This document shows, piece by piece, positions 19,952 through 29,392 of a DNA stretch of 64,000 bases (the stretch's first letter is position 1; every line of letters begins with the position of its first letter). The notes below the pieces were generated by a model. The model had not been told where the DNA came from. It did not search any database and was given only the letters and a program-made list of their open reading frames with translations. A program made the position numbers and the translations under genes. The stretch is from an uncultured Clostridia bacterium (lineage in GTDB: Bacteria > Bacillota > Clostridia > TANB77 > CAG-465). Where the stretch lies: contig CALXJE010000022.1 of assembly GCA_944388545.1 (NCBI GenBank), positions 3,146 through 67,145 of the forward strand, in the 5' to 3' direction.

Positions 19952-20405
19952 TTTGATAATAATTGGTTCAGATCATGCAGGATATGATATGAAAGAAAAA
20001 ATAAAGGAAAAACTTAGAGAAGAAAACTATGAATATTTAGATGTATCTCCAGATTATATAGAAGGAGATGACTATACAGATATAGTAAATAATGTTTGTA
20101 GTAAAATGAGACAAGATGATAAAGCTATAATGATTTGTGGAACTGGGATAGGGAGTGCAATTGCGGCAAATAAATATAAAAAAATAAGGGCAGCTATATG
20201 TTACGATGAATATACAGCAAAATATACGAGGCTTCATAATGATGCCAATATGTTATGTTTAGGTGGTCGTACTTCTTTAGCAAATGATGATAACAAGTTA
20301 TATGATATAGTAAAAACTTTTTTAAATACAGAATTCTCCGGAGAGGAAAGACATGTCAGAAGACTTAACAAAATCAAGGAAATAGAAGAAAAAGAAGGTA
20401 AATAG
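19944..20405 (+). CDS. rpiB: Ribose 5-phosphate isomerase B
   Basis: IIGSDHAGY, CGTGIGSAIAANK and RHVRR motifs, 153 aa. Confidence 0.9.
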   Translation: MNSLIIIGSDHAGYDMKEKIKEKLREENYEYLDVSPDYIEGDDYTDIVNNVCSKMRQDDKAIMICGTGIGSAIAANKYKKIRAAICYDEYTAKYTRLHNDANMLCLGGRTSLANDDNKLYDIVKTFLNTEFSGEERHVRRLNKIKEIEEKEGK

Positions 20406-20406
20406 T

Positions 20407-21501
20407 ATGAATATATATGTTTATGGAATAATTTTAATTATATCTTTTTTTGTTTGTTATTTTACAGTACCTTTTGCAATTAAATTTGCAGTAAAAAAAG
20501 GTATAATTGATAATCCTAAAAAGGATGATAGAAGAGTACATAAAAAACCAATACCACGTGCAGGTGGTATTGCTATAATTTTTTCTATGGCAGTCACTTT
20601 ATTAGTTTATTATATTTTATCATTATTTTATGACAATTTAAAAGTAGATATGAGATTTGTAGGATTTTGTATAGGTGGAACTATTATAGCGATAATGGGA
20701 TTTTTAGATGATTTAAAAGATTTAAGACCAATAGAAAAGTTTTTATTTCAATTGGTCGCAGCGTCGGTAATATATTTATTTGGAATTAGCATAGTAGGTA
20801 TTAAGATACCATTCATATATAGCAATATAATTGATTTTGGAATATTTGCATATCCGATAACTGTTGTGTGGATACTAGCAATAACTAATGCAGTTAATTT
20901 AATTGATGGTTTAGATGGACTTGCTGCAGGAATATCAAGTATATCTGCAATATCACTACTTGTTATATTTTTACTTACAGGTGCACCACTTGAAGTTATA
21001 ATAATAACGATTGCTCTTGTAGGAGCTACTCTTGGATTTTTACCATATAATTTTAATCCAGCGAAAACATTTATGGGCGATGTAGGTTCTAACTTTTTAG
21101 GATTTACACTTGCAGTTATATCAATTATGGGTATGGCTAAAGGTTATACTATTTTAGCTATAGCTACACCTATAATAGTTTTAGGAATACCAGTATTTGA
21201 TATGGTATTTGCTATAATAAGAAGACTTTTGAGAGGGCAGAAAATAACCGCACCTGATAAAGAACATATACATCATAGACTATTAAATTTAGGCTTGTCA
21301 CAAAAACAAGCAGTACTTACGTTATATATAATAACATCTGTACTTGGAATTATAGCTGTAGCGCTTGTTGCTAATATGAAATGGCAATTTATTTTACTTA
21401 TAATAATATTAGCAAACATAGCAGGAATTTATGCTATTACCAAGTATAAAATTAAAAATAAAAAAGATGAGCCAAAATTTGAATTAAAAGAAAAAAATTA
21501 A
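20407..21501 (+). CDS. tagO: Undecaprenyl-phosphate GlcNAc-1-phosphate transferase (MraY/WecA/TagO family)
   Basis: 364 aa, about 10 TM helices, NAVNLIDGLDGLA motif. The tagO symbol is tentative. Confidence 0.8.
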   Translation: MNIYVYGIILIISFFVCYFTVPFAIKFAVKKGIIDNPKKDDRRVHKKPIPRAGGIAIIFSMAVTLLVYYILSLFYDNLKVDMRFVGFCIGGTIIAIMGFLDDLKDLRPIEKFLFQLVAASVIYLFGISIVGIKIPFIYSNIIDFGIFAYPITVVWILAITNAVNLIDGLDGLAAGISSISAISLLVIFLLTGAPLEVIIITIALVGATLGFLPYNFNPAKTFMGDVGSNFLGFTLAVISIMGMAKGYTILAIATPIIVLGIPVFDMVFAIIRRLLRGQKITAPDKEHIHHRLLNLGLSQKQAVLTLYIITSVLGIIAVALVANMKWQFILLIIILANIAGIYAITKYKIKNKKDEPKFELKEKN

Positions 21502-21528
21502 GTATAATATATTTAGGAGGAATTTTTA

Positions 21529-21978
21529 ATGGGGTTAAAAGAAGATTTATTAAAAGAATTAAAAGAAGCAATGCAAGCTAAGGATACTATTAAAAAGGAT
21601 ACAATTACAATGCTAAGAGCAGCAATTCTTCAAATTGAAAAAGATGGGCAAAAGGAACTATCAGAAGATGATATGTTTGCTATTGTTGCAAAAGAAGTAA
21701 AGAAAAGAAGAGAATCTTTAGAAGAATACAAAAAAGCAGGAAGACAGGATATAATTGATAATTTGAATAGAGAAATAGAAATATTAGAAGTATATATGCC
21801 AGAGCAACTAACTGAAGACAAAATAAGAGAGATAGTTTTAAATGCTATAGAAGAAGTTCAAGCTGCATCAATAAAAGATATGGGTAAGGTTATGCAAAAT
21901 GTTAGAGCTAAAACTCAAGGAAGAGCAGACGGAAAAGTTATTAGTGAAATCGTAAAGGAAGAATTAAATAATTTATAG
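21529..21978 (+). CDS. GatB/YqeY domain protein
   Basis: 149 aa. N-terminal LKEAMQAKD...TMLRAAILQ and overall length are typical of YqeY. Confidence 0.8.
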   Translation: MGLKEDLLKELKEAMQAKDTIKKDTITMLRAAILQIEKDGQKELSEDDMFAIVAKEVKKRRESLEEYKKAGRQDIIDNLNREIEILEVYMPEQLTEDKIREIVLNAIEEVQAASIKDMGKVMQNVRAKTQGRADGKVISEIVKEELNNL

Positions 21979-22034
21979 TGTTAATATTATGTTTAAAGCC
22001 AAGTTTTACTTGGCTTTTATAGGAGGTATAGAAT

Positions 22035-23267
22035 ATGAATAAAGATATTTTAGTAATAAATGATAATAAATTTAAAAGTATATTTATAACAGTTAATTAT
22101 ATTAGAAAATTAGATAGAAAAGAAGCAGGAAAAAACGCATTACTTGCATCAATTCTAAGAAAGGGAACAAAAAATCTAAAAACAGAAAAAGAATTAGAAC
22201 TAGAACTTGCCAAATTATATTCTTCAAGTATAGCAGTTAATGTAGAGAAAATTGGAGGAATATATAAAGTAGAGTTTGGAGTTGAATTTATAAATAAGAA
22301 GTATATTAACGAAGATGTGTCAGACAAAGTTATTAATATATTAAATGATATAATATATAATCCATATTTAGAAGAAGGAGTTTTTTCAAGAGAATATTTT
22401 ATTAGAGAAAAAGAGGCTTTGCTAGAGAAGATAAATCAAGAACAAAACGATAAAAGAAAATGGGCATTAAGAAGATTAGAAGAAGAAATGTATGATGAAA
22501 GTGATTACAAAGTAGCATCATTGGGTGATGCTGACGAAATAGCTAAAGAAACAGAAAAAACTATTTATGAATATTATAAAGAGTTTTTAAAAACTTCTGA
22601 AATAAAAATTGTAATAACAGGAAATCTTGATGGCTATGATGATCTAGAAGACAAACTAAGAATTAAGTTTTTAAATGGAGTAAGTAATAAAATAAATGCA
22701 TTAGAGATAAAAAATAGAGAAAAATTAAAAGAAATTAAAGATTATGAAACTTTAAATCAAAGTATACTGTGCTTTGGATTAAACGTTAAAAATACAGATG
22801 CAAATATGATACCTGCTGTAACAGTATATAATAGTATACTTGGAGGAACGCCAGCATCAAAATTATTCCAAAATGTTCGTGAAAAAGAAAGTTTAGCATA
22901 TTTTGCTAAATCTCAGTACAATAAATATATAAATGCTATATACATATATTCTGGTATTGATTTAAGTAAAAAAGAAAAAGCAACTACTGTTATAAAAAAC
23001 CAATTAGAAGATTTAAAAAATGGTAATATAACAGAAGAAGAACTAGATACAGCTAAGAAAAATATAGTATTAACATATAAAGCTTTATCTGATAGTAAAA
23101 TAATGTATAATAGGGCAGTACTTGCCAATAAATACTATAATGAGGATTTTGATATTAATAAATTTATTGAAGAAATAGAAAAGGTTACAATTGACGATAT
23201 TGTAAATATAGCAAAAGACATAGAAGTAAATACTATATATCTTTTAGGAGGTAAGATAGATGAGTAG
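22035..23267 (+). CDS. M16 family peptidase-like protein (non-catalytic partner, no HxxEH)
   Basis: 410 aa, paired and overlapping with the following M16 gene. Pitrilysin-like length, no zinc motif seen. Confidence 0.7.
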   Translation: MNKDILVINDNKFKSIFITVNYIRKLDRKEAGKNALLASILRKGTKNLKTEKELELELAKLYSSSIAVNVEKIGGIYKVEFGVEFINKKYINEDVSDKVINILNDIIYNPYLEEGVFSREYFIREKEALLEKINQEQNDKRKWALRRLEEEMYDESDYKVASLGDADEIAKETEKTIYEYYKEFLKTSEIKIVITGNLDGYDDLEDKLRIKFLNGVSNKINALEIKNREKLKEIKDYETLNQSILCFGLNVKNTDANMIPAVTVYNSILGGTPASKLFQNVREKESLAYFAKSQYNKYINAIYIYSGIDLSKKEKATTVIKNQLEDLKNGNITEEELDTAKKNIVLTYKALSDSKIMYNRAVLANKYYNEDFDINKFIEEIEKVTIDDIVNIAKDIEVNTIYLLGGKIDE

Positions 23268-24558
23268 ATTTGAAGTAGAGATTAACAATATAACTCAAGA
23301 TAAGGTATATAAAACTGTATTAAAAAGTGGTCTTAAATTATTTATATGTCCAAGAAAAGATTATACTAAAAAAATGGGAATGTTTGGTACAGTATTTGGA
23401 TCTATAGATAATGAATTAGTTGATATAGAAACAAAAGAAAGATATAAAGTTCCAGATGGAATTGCACACTTTTTAGAGCATAAATTGTTTGAGCAAGAAA
23501 ACGCAAACGCACTTGATGTATTTTCAAAAATGGGAGTAGATTCAAATGCATATACATCGTTTGATCAAACTGTATATTATTTTGAAACGGCCGATAGATA
23601 TGAAGAATGCTTAGATAAGTTAATAGATTTTGTTTCATCACCTTATTTTACTGATCAAAATGTTGAAAAAGAAAAAGGGATAATTGCTCAAGAGATAAAA
23701 ATGTATGAAGATGAGCCTAATTCGGTCGTTTATTATAATCTATTAAGAAGTATGTATAAAAACCATCCTATAAATATTGATATTGCAGGGACAGTTGAGA
23801 CAATTAATAAAATAGATAAAGACATATTATATAAATGCTATAACTCATATTATAATTTAAAAAATATGTTTCTAATTATCATTGGTGATGTTTCAGTTGA
23901 GGATATTGTTGATAAAACAGAAAAATTAATTCAAAAGTATTACACTAATAGAAAAGCCGATATAGTTGAAAGGAATATTATAGAAGAACCAGAAGAAATA
24001 AAACAAAACGAAATAACATCAAATCTTCCTATATCTATGCCGATAGAATGTATTGGATTTAAAATGAAACCTATTAGTGGAAAAGATAGTGTTAAAACAA
24101 TGATTATATCTGATATAATAAATGATGTTTGTTTTTCAACATCTTCAGAGTTTTATGAAGAATTGTATAATGATGGAATTTTAATTTCTGAACCAGAATT
24201 TTCTTTTGAAAGTGGTAGAAATTTTTCACATATAGTAATATCATCATTTGTTTTAGATACTTCAAAATTTGAAAGTAAAATTAAATCGTATATTAAAAAA
24301 CTTAAAGAACAAGGAATAAATGAAGAAAGATTTAAAATAATGCTTAAGAAAAGACAAGGAGAGGTAATATATAATTCTGAAAAATTAACATGGATATATA
24401 GAAGTATTATTGAATCTGTAATTCAAAATATTAACGTATATGATGAAGTGGAATTAGTGAATGATATAACAAAGGAAGATGTTGATAATTTTATAAAGAA
24501 TAATCTTGATTTTGATAAAATGTGTATATCTAGAGTATTACCAAAAGGTTCTCAATAA
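23260..24558 (+). CDS. M16 family zinc peptidase
   Basis: 432 aa with the inverted zinc motif HFLEHKLFE (HxxEH). Confidence 0.8.
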   Translation: MSRFEVEINNITQDKVYKTVLKSGLKLFICPRKDYTKKMGMFGTVFGSIDNELVDIETKERYKVPDGIAHFLEHKLFEQENANALDVFSKMGVDSNAYTSFDQTVYYFETADRYEECLDKLIDFVSSPYFTDQNVEKEKGIIAQEIKMYEDEPNSVVYYNLLRSMYKNHPINIDIAGTVETINKIDKDILYKCYNSYYNLKNMFLIIIGDVSVEDIVDKTEKLIQKYYTNRKADIVERNIIEEPEEIKQNEITSNLPISMPIECIGFKMKPISGKDSVKTMIISDIINDVCFSTSSEFYEELYNDGILISEPEFSFESGRNFSHIVISSFVLDTSKFESKIKSYIKKLKEQGINEERFKIMLKKRQGEVIYNSEKLTWIYRSIIESVIQNINVYDEVELVNDITKEDVDNFIKNNLDFDKMCISRVLPKGSQ

Positions 24559-24575
24559 AAGAGAACCTTTTTTTG
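24545..24575 (+). terminator. Intrinsic terminator of the M16 operon
   Basis: AAGGTTCTC / GAGAACCTT hairpin spanning the stop codon, followed by TTTTTT. Confidence 0.8.
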
Positions 24576-24618
24576 CGAATATTGTAGAAAATTGCGGTCG
24601 AAAATTACATAATATTAA

Positions 24619-24647
24619 TTGACATATTTGTAAATAAATGGTATAAA
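24619..24647 (+). promoter_or_regulatory. Promoter of the Spo0E-like gene
   Basis: TTGACA, 17-nt spacer, TGgTATAAA extended -10. Confidence 0.55.
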
Positions 24648-24670
24648 TAGTACATAAAGGAGATGATTTA

Positions 24671-24823
24671 ATGGTAACTTATGAAATAAACGTATTAAGA
24701 GAAAAACTGGAAAAACAAATACTAAGTAATGAACCTTATGAAGAAATTTATAGGACAAGTACTGAAATAGATAAGTTGCTAACAAAATATTATAAAAATA
24801 ACGAATTATCCGAAAGGATTTAA
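24671..24823 (+). CDS. Spo0E-like sporulation regulatory (aspartyl-phosphatase family) small protein
   Basis: 50-aa ORF MVTYEINVLREKLEKQILSNEPYEEIYRTSTEIDKLLTKYYKNNELSERI with an AAGGAG RBS. The helical pattern with S..ID.L...Y is typical of the Spo0E family. Below the ORF-track size cutoff. Confidence 0.55.
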   Translation: MVTYEINVLREKLEKQILSNEPYEEIYRTSTEIDKLLTKYYKNNELSERI

Positions 24824-25120
24824 ATTTACATTTAATAAAGATAGTCCTAGACAAATAATAAGCAAGATATCAGTAGAACTATCTGTTACTAAAAAGAAAA
24901 TTATCGCTAAGATAATAATGCTATCAACACCAATAGATAGTCCACCAATATCTAGCCTATTATTTTCTGGCTTTAAACTTAAAAAATCTATAGCTCGGTT
25001 TAATAAATTATTTTTTTTAGAGAAATCTTTTTTATCATTATTATATTCGTATGAATTATTAGTAGGAGCTTCAATTTCTATACTATTTTCAAGATTATTA
25101 AAGTTATTATACAAATCCAT
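24806..25120 (-). CDS. Hypothetical protein with C-terminal hydrophobic segment
   Basis: Last ORF of a three-gene minus-strand unit. The probable start MDLYNNFNN at 25120 overlaps the stop of the previous gene. Confidence 0.4.
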   Translation of the reverse strand: MDLYNNFNNLENSIEIEAPTNNSYEYNNDKKDFSKKNNLLNRAIDFLSLKPENNRLDIGGLSIGVDSIIILAIIFFLVTDSSTDILLIICLGLSLLNVNLNPFG

Positions 25121-25649
25121 TAAAATCACTATCCTCATTATTAAAAGAATCAAGAACATTTAAAATTCCCAGTACAAAAATATAAGTATCAACATTTTTT
25201 TGTCTATTATTTCTTAAAAACGGTTTAAGAGATAATAATAGGTTTTTTCTAGGGTCTTCTTTATTCATGCTTGAAATGATTTTTCCAAAACGCATCATAG
25301 TGTTTAAATCTAAATTCATAAAAGGATTCGAGGCAGACTGATTTTGAGACGTATTTTGACTATTAGAATTGAGCTTATTAAACATTTCAAATAATTTAGA
25401 AGCATCAAAACTATTATTGTTTTGTGAAACTTGATTGGTATTAATGTTTTGAGTTGAGAAATTAACATTCTGATTGTTATATGTACTATTTGATGCGGTG
25501 TTAGTATTAACTTGATTAGAACTGTTTAGTTTCTCTTGAATGTTTGATATTATATCAAGTAAAGGATTTGAATTGTCATTATCTGCCTTTATCTCCTTTG
25601 GTAATTCATTATTATTCATGCTATTTATATTTACACTTTCATTTTCCAT
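25107..25649 (-). CDS. Hypothetical Asn/Gln/Ser-rich protein
   Basis: 180 aa with a long N/Q/S low-complexity centre and a conserved-looking C-terminus (LLLSLKPFLRNNRQKNVDTYIFVLGIL). Confidence 0.55.
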   Translation of the reverse strand: MENESVNINSMNNNELPKEIKADNDNSNPLLDIISNIQEKLNSSNQVNTNTASNSTYNNQNVNFSTQNINTNQVSQNNNSFDASKLFEMFNKLNSNSQNTSQNQSASNPFMNLDLNTMMRFGKIISSMNKEDPRKNLLLSLKPFLRNNRQKNVDTYIFVLGILNVLDSFNNEDSDFNGFV

Positions 25650-25651
25650 AG

Positions 25652-25804
25652 CTATTTTCCTTGATTATTATTGTTGTTTATTCCAAGCATATTTGTTAAA
25701 TTATTTAAGTCTTCCTTAGACATATTTTTTACCATATTTGATACTTGTTCAAGCTTATCTTTATCAACTCCTGAAAGTAATTCTAGTAATTTTGAATTTA
25801 ACAT
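25652..25804 (-). CDS. Hypothetical 50-aa protein
   Basis: MLNSKLLELLSGVDKDKLEQVSNMVKNMSKEDLNNLTNMLGINNNNNQGK with an AAGGAG RBS 13 nt upstream. Its stop lies 2 nt before the next ORF's start. Confidence 0.45.
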   Translation of the reverse strand: MLNSKLLELLSGVDKDKLEQVSNMVKNMSKEDLNNLTNMLGINNNNNQGK

Positions 25805-26006
25805 GTTATTCACTATTAATCAACTCCTTTAATAATATCTATATGATATTTATATAACAATTATATGCTATAAGATATTTTTATGTTCCTATTAATAAAG
25901 AAGAGGTGATAATATTTTATTAAAAACAAGTAAAGCTAAAGACGTAACTAAATTTTATAATATAATAGACGTAAAAAATGGGGATATTATAACTAATAAT
26001 GGAATT

Positions 26007-26450
26007 ATGAATATTTATAATATTAGTCCTTGTAATACTTTAGGTGATGATGAAGAATTAAAATGCAATATATTTAATTCGTATTTAGCTACAATTAAAT
26101 TAATTAATTTTAATTATCAAGTCTTAATAAATACAGATAAAATAAATTTTGAAAAGAATTTTGACATATTAAATAAAAATACGTATTTATCAACTAATAA
26201 TGTTCAAAGAAATATGATAGAAGAATATAAAGAATATTTGATTAAATTATCAAAAGAAAGACAAATATATGAAAAGACCTTTTATATAATAGTAGAAAAG
26301 TTAAATCTAAATGAGAAAAAGCAATTTGAAGAAGCTTTTAATTCAATGAAAAATTTAGGAGTAAGTATAAGTAAAATTGAAAATTCAGACGAAGTATTTA
26401 AAATATTATACAATACTATTAATAAATTTGACGAAGAGGTTAGTAAATGA
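26007..26450 (+). CDS. VirB4-like (Tn916 ORF16/TcpF/PrgJ-type) ATPase, N-terminal fragment
   Basis: The frame is open from 25899. The N-terminal pattern ..DVKNGDIITNNG.MNIYNISP.N resembles Gram-positive VirB4 N-termini and begins upstream of the first ATG. Confidence 0.6.
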   Translation: MNIYNISPCNTLGDDEELKCNIFNSYLATIKLINFNYQVLINTDKINFEKNFDILNKNTYLSTNNVQRNMIEEYKEYLIKLSKERQIYEKTFYIIVEKLNLNEKKQFEEAFNSMKNLGVSISKIENSDEVFKILYNTINKFDEEVSK

Positions 26451-27469
26451 ATATAGAAAGTATTTATCCTACTAATATTATAATAAAGCATGATTATATT
26501 AAGATAAATAATAAATATATTTCTACTATTATAATTGAAGAATTACCAAAAGAGATTTCAATGCTTGAGATGAATAATATAATTCCTAAAGATATTCCTA
26601 ATAATATGACAATATACATTAATAAATTAGATTTAAATACACAGATAAAAAATCTTTCTAAAATAATACTGGAGACAGATTCAGAAATAAAGTCTATAAA
26701 TAAACATCAGCAAGATATTGATATATTAAAGAGAATAAATAACGAAGCTACTATATTAAGAAAAAAGATACAAATTGAAAATGAGGAATTATATAAAGTA
26801 AATATATATATTTGTGTAAATGATATATATTTAGATAATTTAAAACTAAAAGTTAATAAAATGATTTCAACATTATATACAAAGGGGATTGTTGCTAAAA
26901 TAGCTAATTTTAGGCATGATCAAATATATTTAAATACACTGCCTATTAATAATTATAATGATGCGATAATAAAGCAAACAGGACTTAATGTTGTTACTTC
27001 ACAACTATCATATATGATCCCATATATAAATAACAATATATATAACTTAAAAGGAGTACTTTATGGTTTTATAAACAATTCATTTTGTCTATACGATATA
27101 TTCTCAGAAAATAATATGAATTATAATATGTGTATATTAGGGAGTAGTGGAGCCGGCAAATCTTATTTTATAAAGACAATTCTTTTGAGAAATTTTTGTA
27201 TGAATATAAGACAAATTATATTTGATATTGAGGAAGAATATTTAAATATAGCAGAATATACAAATGCTATCATATTTAAAGAAAGTAATTTTAATATGTT
27301 ATATATTCCAGAAATTTTTGTAAAATCAAATAAGGAAGATTTCTTAACTAAGAAAATAGAAATGATTTTTTCTTTGTTAAATAATATTACAAATTATAAG
27401 TTAAACGAATATAAAAATATTTTTGTTAATAACTTAAGAAAAATATATAGTGAAAAGCGGAATAACTGA
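26447..27469 (+). CDS. VirB4-like ATPase, central fragment with Walker A
   Basis: Walker A ILGSSGAGKSYF followed by IIFDIEEEY (AAA_10/VirB4 pattern). ATGA overlap with the previous ORF. Confidence 0.75.
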   Translation: MNIESIYPTNIIIKHDYIKINNKYISTIIIEELPKEISMLEMNNIIPKDIPNNMTIYINKLDLNTQIKNLSKIILETDSEIKSINKHQQDIDILKRINNEATILRKKIQIENEELYKVNIYICVNDIYLDNLKLKVNKMISTLYTKGIVAKIANFRHDQIYLNTLPINNYNDAIIKQTGLNVVTSQLSYMIPYINNNIYNLKGVLYGFINNSFCLYDIFSENNMNYNMCILGSSGAGKSYFIKTILLRNFCMNIRQIIFDIEEEYLNIAEYTNAIIFKESNFNMLYIPEIFVKSNKEDFLTKKIEMIFSLLNNITNYKLNEYKNIFVNNLRKIYSEKRNN

Positions 27470-28166
27470 TAATATTAATTCAATATATGATTATTATACT
27501 AGCAAAAGATTAAATATAAATAAGGAATATAAAAAATATAGTGAATTTCCAAATATGAAAGATTTATTAGATAGTTTATTAAAAGAAAAAAGTATACCAT
27601 CTAGTATAACTAAAGAATTAAGAAAACAAACTATATTTAATAAAGTAAATATAGAGAATTTAAAAAAATTAGATGATAAATTTGATAGTATTATACTTTT
27701 TAATTTTAAAAATGCTAATGCAGATAGTTTTAAAATTTATTTAAACTATTTAGAGCAGTATTACGGAGAAAATATGTTAATATATGTAGACGAGATGTGG
27801 AAGTTCATAAACTTATCTTGTGAAAATAATATTGATAGTGAAATATCAAACTTATTTAAAACTATAAGAAAGAAAAGAGCAGGTATAGTAATTGCAACAC
27901 AGGATATACATGATATTTTAAAATATAAAGAAGGAATTTTTGGAAAAAGTATATTAAATAATTCATTTACTAAATTATTTTTTAAGATGCAATATATAGA
28001 TTTAAATACTCTTCAAGATGTAGGATTATGTTCAGAAGAAACGTTTAAAAATATAAGAAAATTGGGAATAGGAAGTGCATATATGAGTATAGGTGATAAT
28101 AAATTTAACATAGATATAAAAACTAGTGATTTTGAAAAAACAATTATAGGAGGTGAATCATTATGA
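27450..28166 (+). CDS. VirB4-like ATPase, C-terminal fragment with Walker B
   Basis: Walker B LIYVDEMWKF and RKKRAGIVIATQDIHD, with a terminal G.AYMSIGDNKFNIDIK..DFE pattern. Overlaps the previous ORF by 20 nt in the +1 frame. Confidence 0.75.
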   Translation: MKSGITDNINSIYDYYTSKRLNINKEYKKYSEFPNMKDLLDSLLKEKSIPSSITKELRKQTIFNKVNIENLKKLDDKFDSIILFNFKNANADSFKIYLNYLEQYYGENMLIYVDEMWKFINLSCENNIDSEISNLFKTIRKKRAGIVIATQDIHDILKYKEGIFGKSILNNSFTKLFFKMQYIDLNTLQDVGLCSEETFKNIRKLGIGSAYMSIGDNKFNIDIKTSDFEKTIIGGESL

Positions 28167-29392
28167 AAAAAATTTTAGTAGCAATAGATAATATGAAAAT
28201 ATATAAAGAGATAAATAAAATAGAAGAATATGATATATATAAACAGGATATTGTATATAAAGAAGGTGTTCTAGAATACATAGCTAAAAACAAGGTGGAT
28301 ATTATAATAACAAGAGATGATTTACAAGGTGATATGATAAAAGAAATATATATAAAACAAATAAAACTATTGGTTCCAGACGTTAAATTAATTTTATTTG
28401 TGAAGGAGATGAATAATAGCTATCTAGAATTCTTATATAATAATAATGTATTCAATATAATTCAAAATCATGATACATTTACAAAAGAGGATATAATGAA
28501 CTTAATAAAAGAAAAAAATATGGAAAATATAATATATGATAGTAAAAAATCAGAAAATAGAGTTATTAACAAAACAATAAATATAACTACTAAAAAAAGA
28601 ATAGCTGTGTTTGGAACAAATGGAGCAGGTAAATCATATATATCAAGCGTACTATCTAACATAATAAGTAATAAGTTAAACATGAAAACTCTTTTAATTG
28701 ATTTGGATGTTCAAAGCAGTGCAATAGATATATATAATAATTTAAATTGTAGTAATAATCTACTAATGGATATTGTTAAAGATGTGGATAATCAAACAAT
28801 AAATAACGATACTTTCCAAAATAATGTTTATAAAAAAGATAAGGTAGATTATATAACTAATAATACAAGTATATTTGAATATCAAAATAATTTATGTATA
28901 AAACATTATGATAAAATATTTGAGCTTGCAAGTCAAAAATATGATGTTATTATTTCTGACATAGCATCTAATATATTTTTAGATATTACATATCATAATA
29001 TTAAAAATGCAGATATTATTATGTTTGTTATTTCTCCTAATTATATTAGTATTAGACAAGCTATAAAATATTTAGATTTAATTATAAATGTTTGGAATAT
29101 TGATAAATCAAAGATATATTTAGTAGTTAACAAAATAACAGAAAACTCTTTATCTAATATGCAAATAGAGTCATTAATACCTGGATATAAAATAATTATG
29201 CAAGTTCAATATGATAATAATTTAGAAAACGTAATAAATGGAATAAGTAGTATAGATACAGATATAGTAAAAGAAGATAAAGAAATATATAGATTATTTG
29301 GAATAAAAAAAGACTGTCAATTAGAGAAAAATCAAGATATAAAGAAAAATAAATTTTTATATAATTTATTTAGAAAAGAGGAAGTAACATGA
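28163..29392 (+). CDS. TadZ/CpaE-like protein: receiver-like N-domain fused to a MinD/ParA-fold ATPase
   Basis: 409 aa. The N-terminal alternating beta/alpha pattern is KILVAID..DIIITRDD..KLILFV. It is followed by IAVFGTNGAGKS, LLIDLD and DVIISD. Confidence 0.65.
   Translation: MKKILVAIDNMKIYKEINKIEEYDIYKQDIVYKEGVLEYIAKNKVDIIITRDDLQGDMIKEIYIKQIKLLVPDVKLILFVKEMNNSYLEFLYNNNVFNIIQNHDTFTKEDIMNLIKEKNMENIIYDSKKSENRVINKTINITTKKRIAVFGTNGAGKSYISSVLSNIISNKLNMKTLLIDLDVQSSAIDIYNNLNCSNNLLMDIVKDVDNQTINNDTFQNNVYKKDKVDYITNNTSIFEYQNNLCIKHYDKIFELASQKYDVIISDIASNIFLDITYHNIKNADIIMFVISPNYISIRQAIKYLDLIINVWNIDKSKIYLVVNKITENSLSNMQIESLIPGYKIIMQVQYDNNLENVINGISSIDTDIVKEDKEIYRLFGIKKDCQLEKNQDIKKNKFLYNLFRKEEVT

Noticed and set aside
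24615-24854. Minus-strand 79-aa ORF
   Set aside because: It overlaps the promoter, RBS and ORF of the Spo0E-like gene on the plus strand. It has no RBS and an implausible composition.
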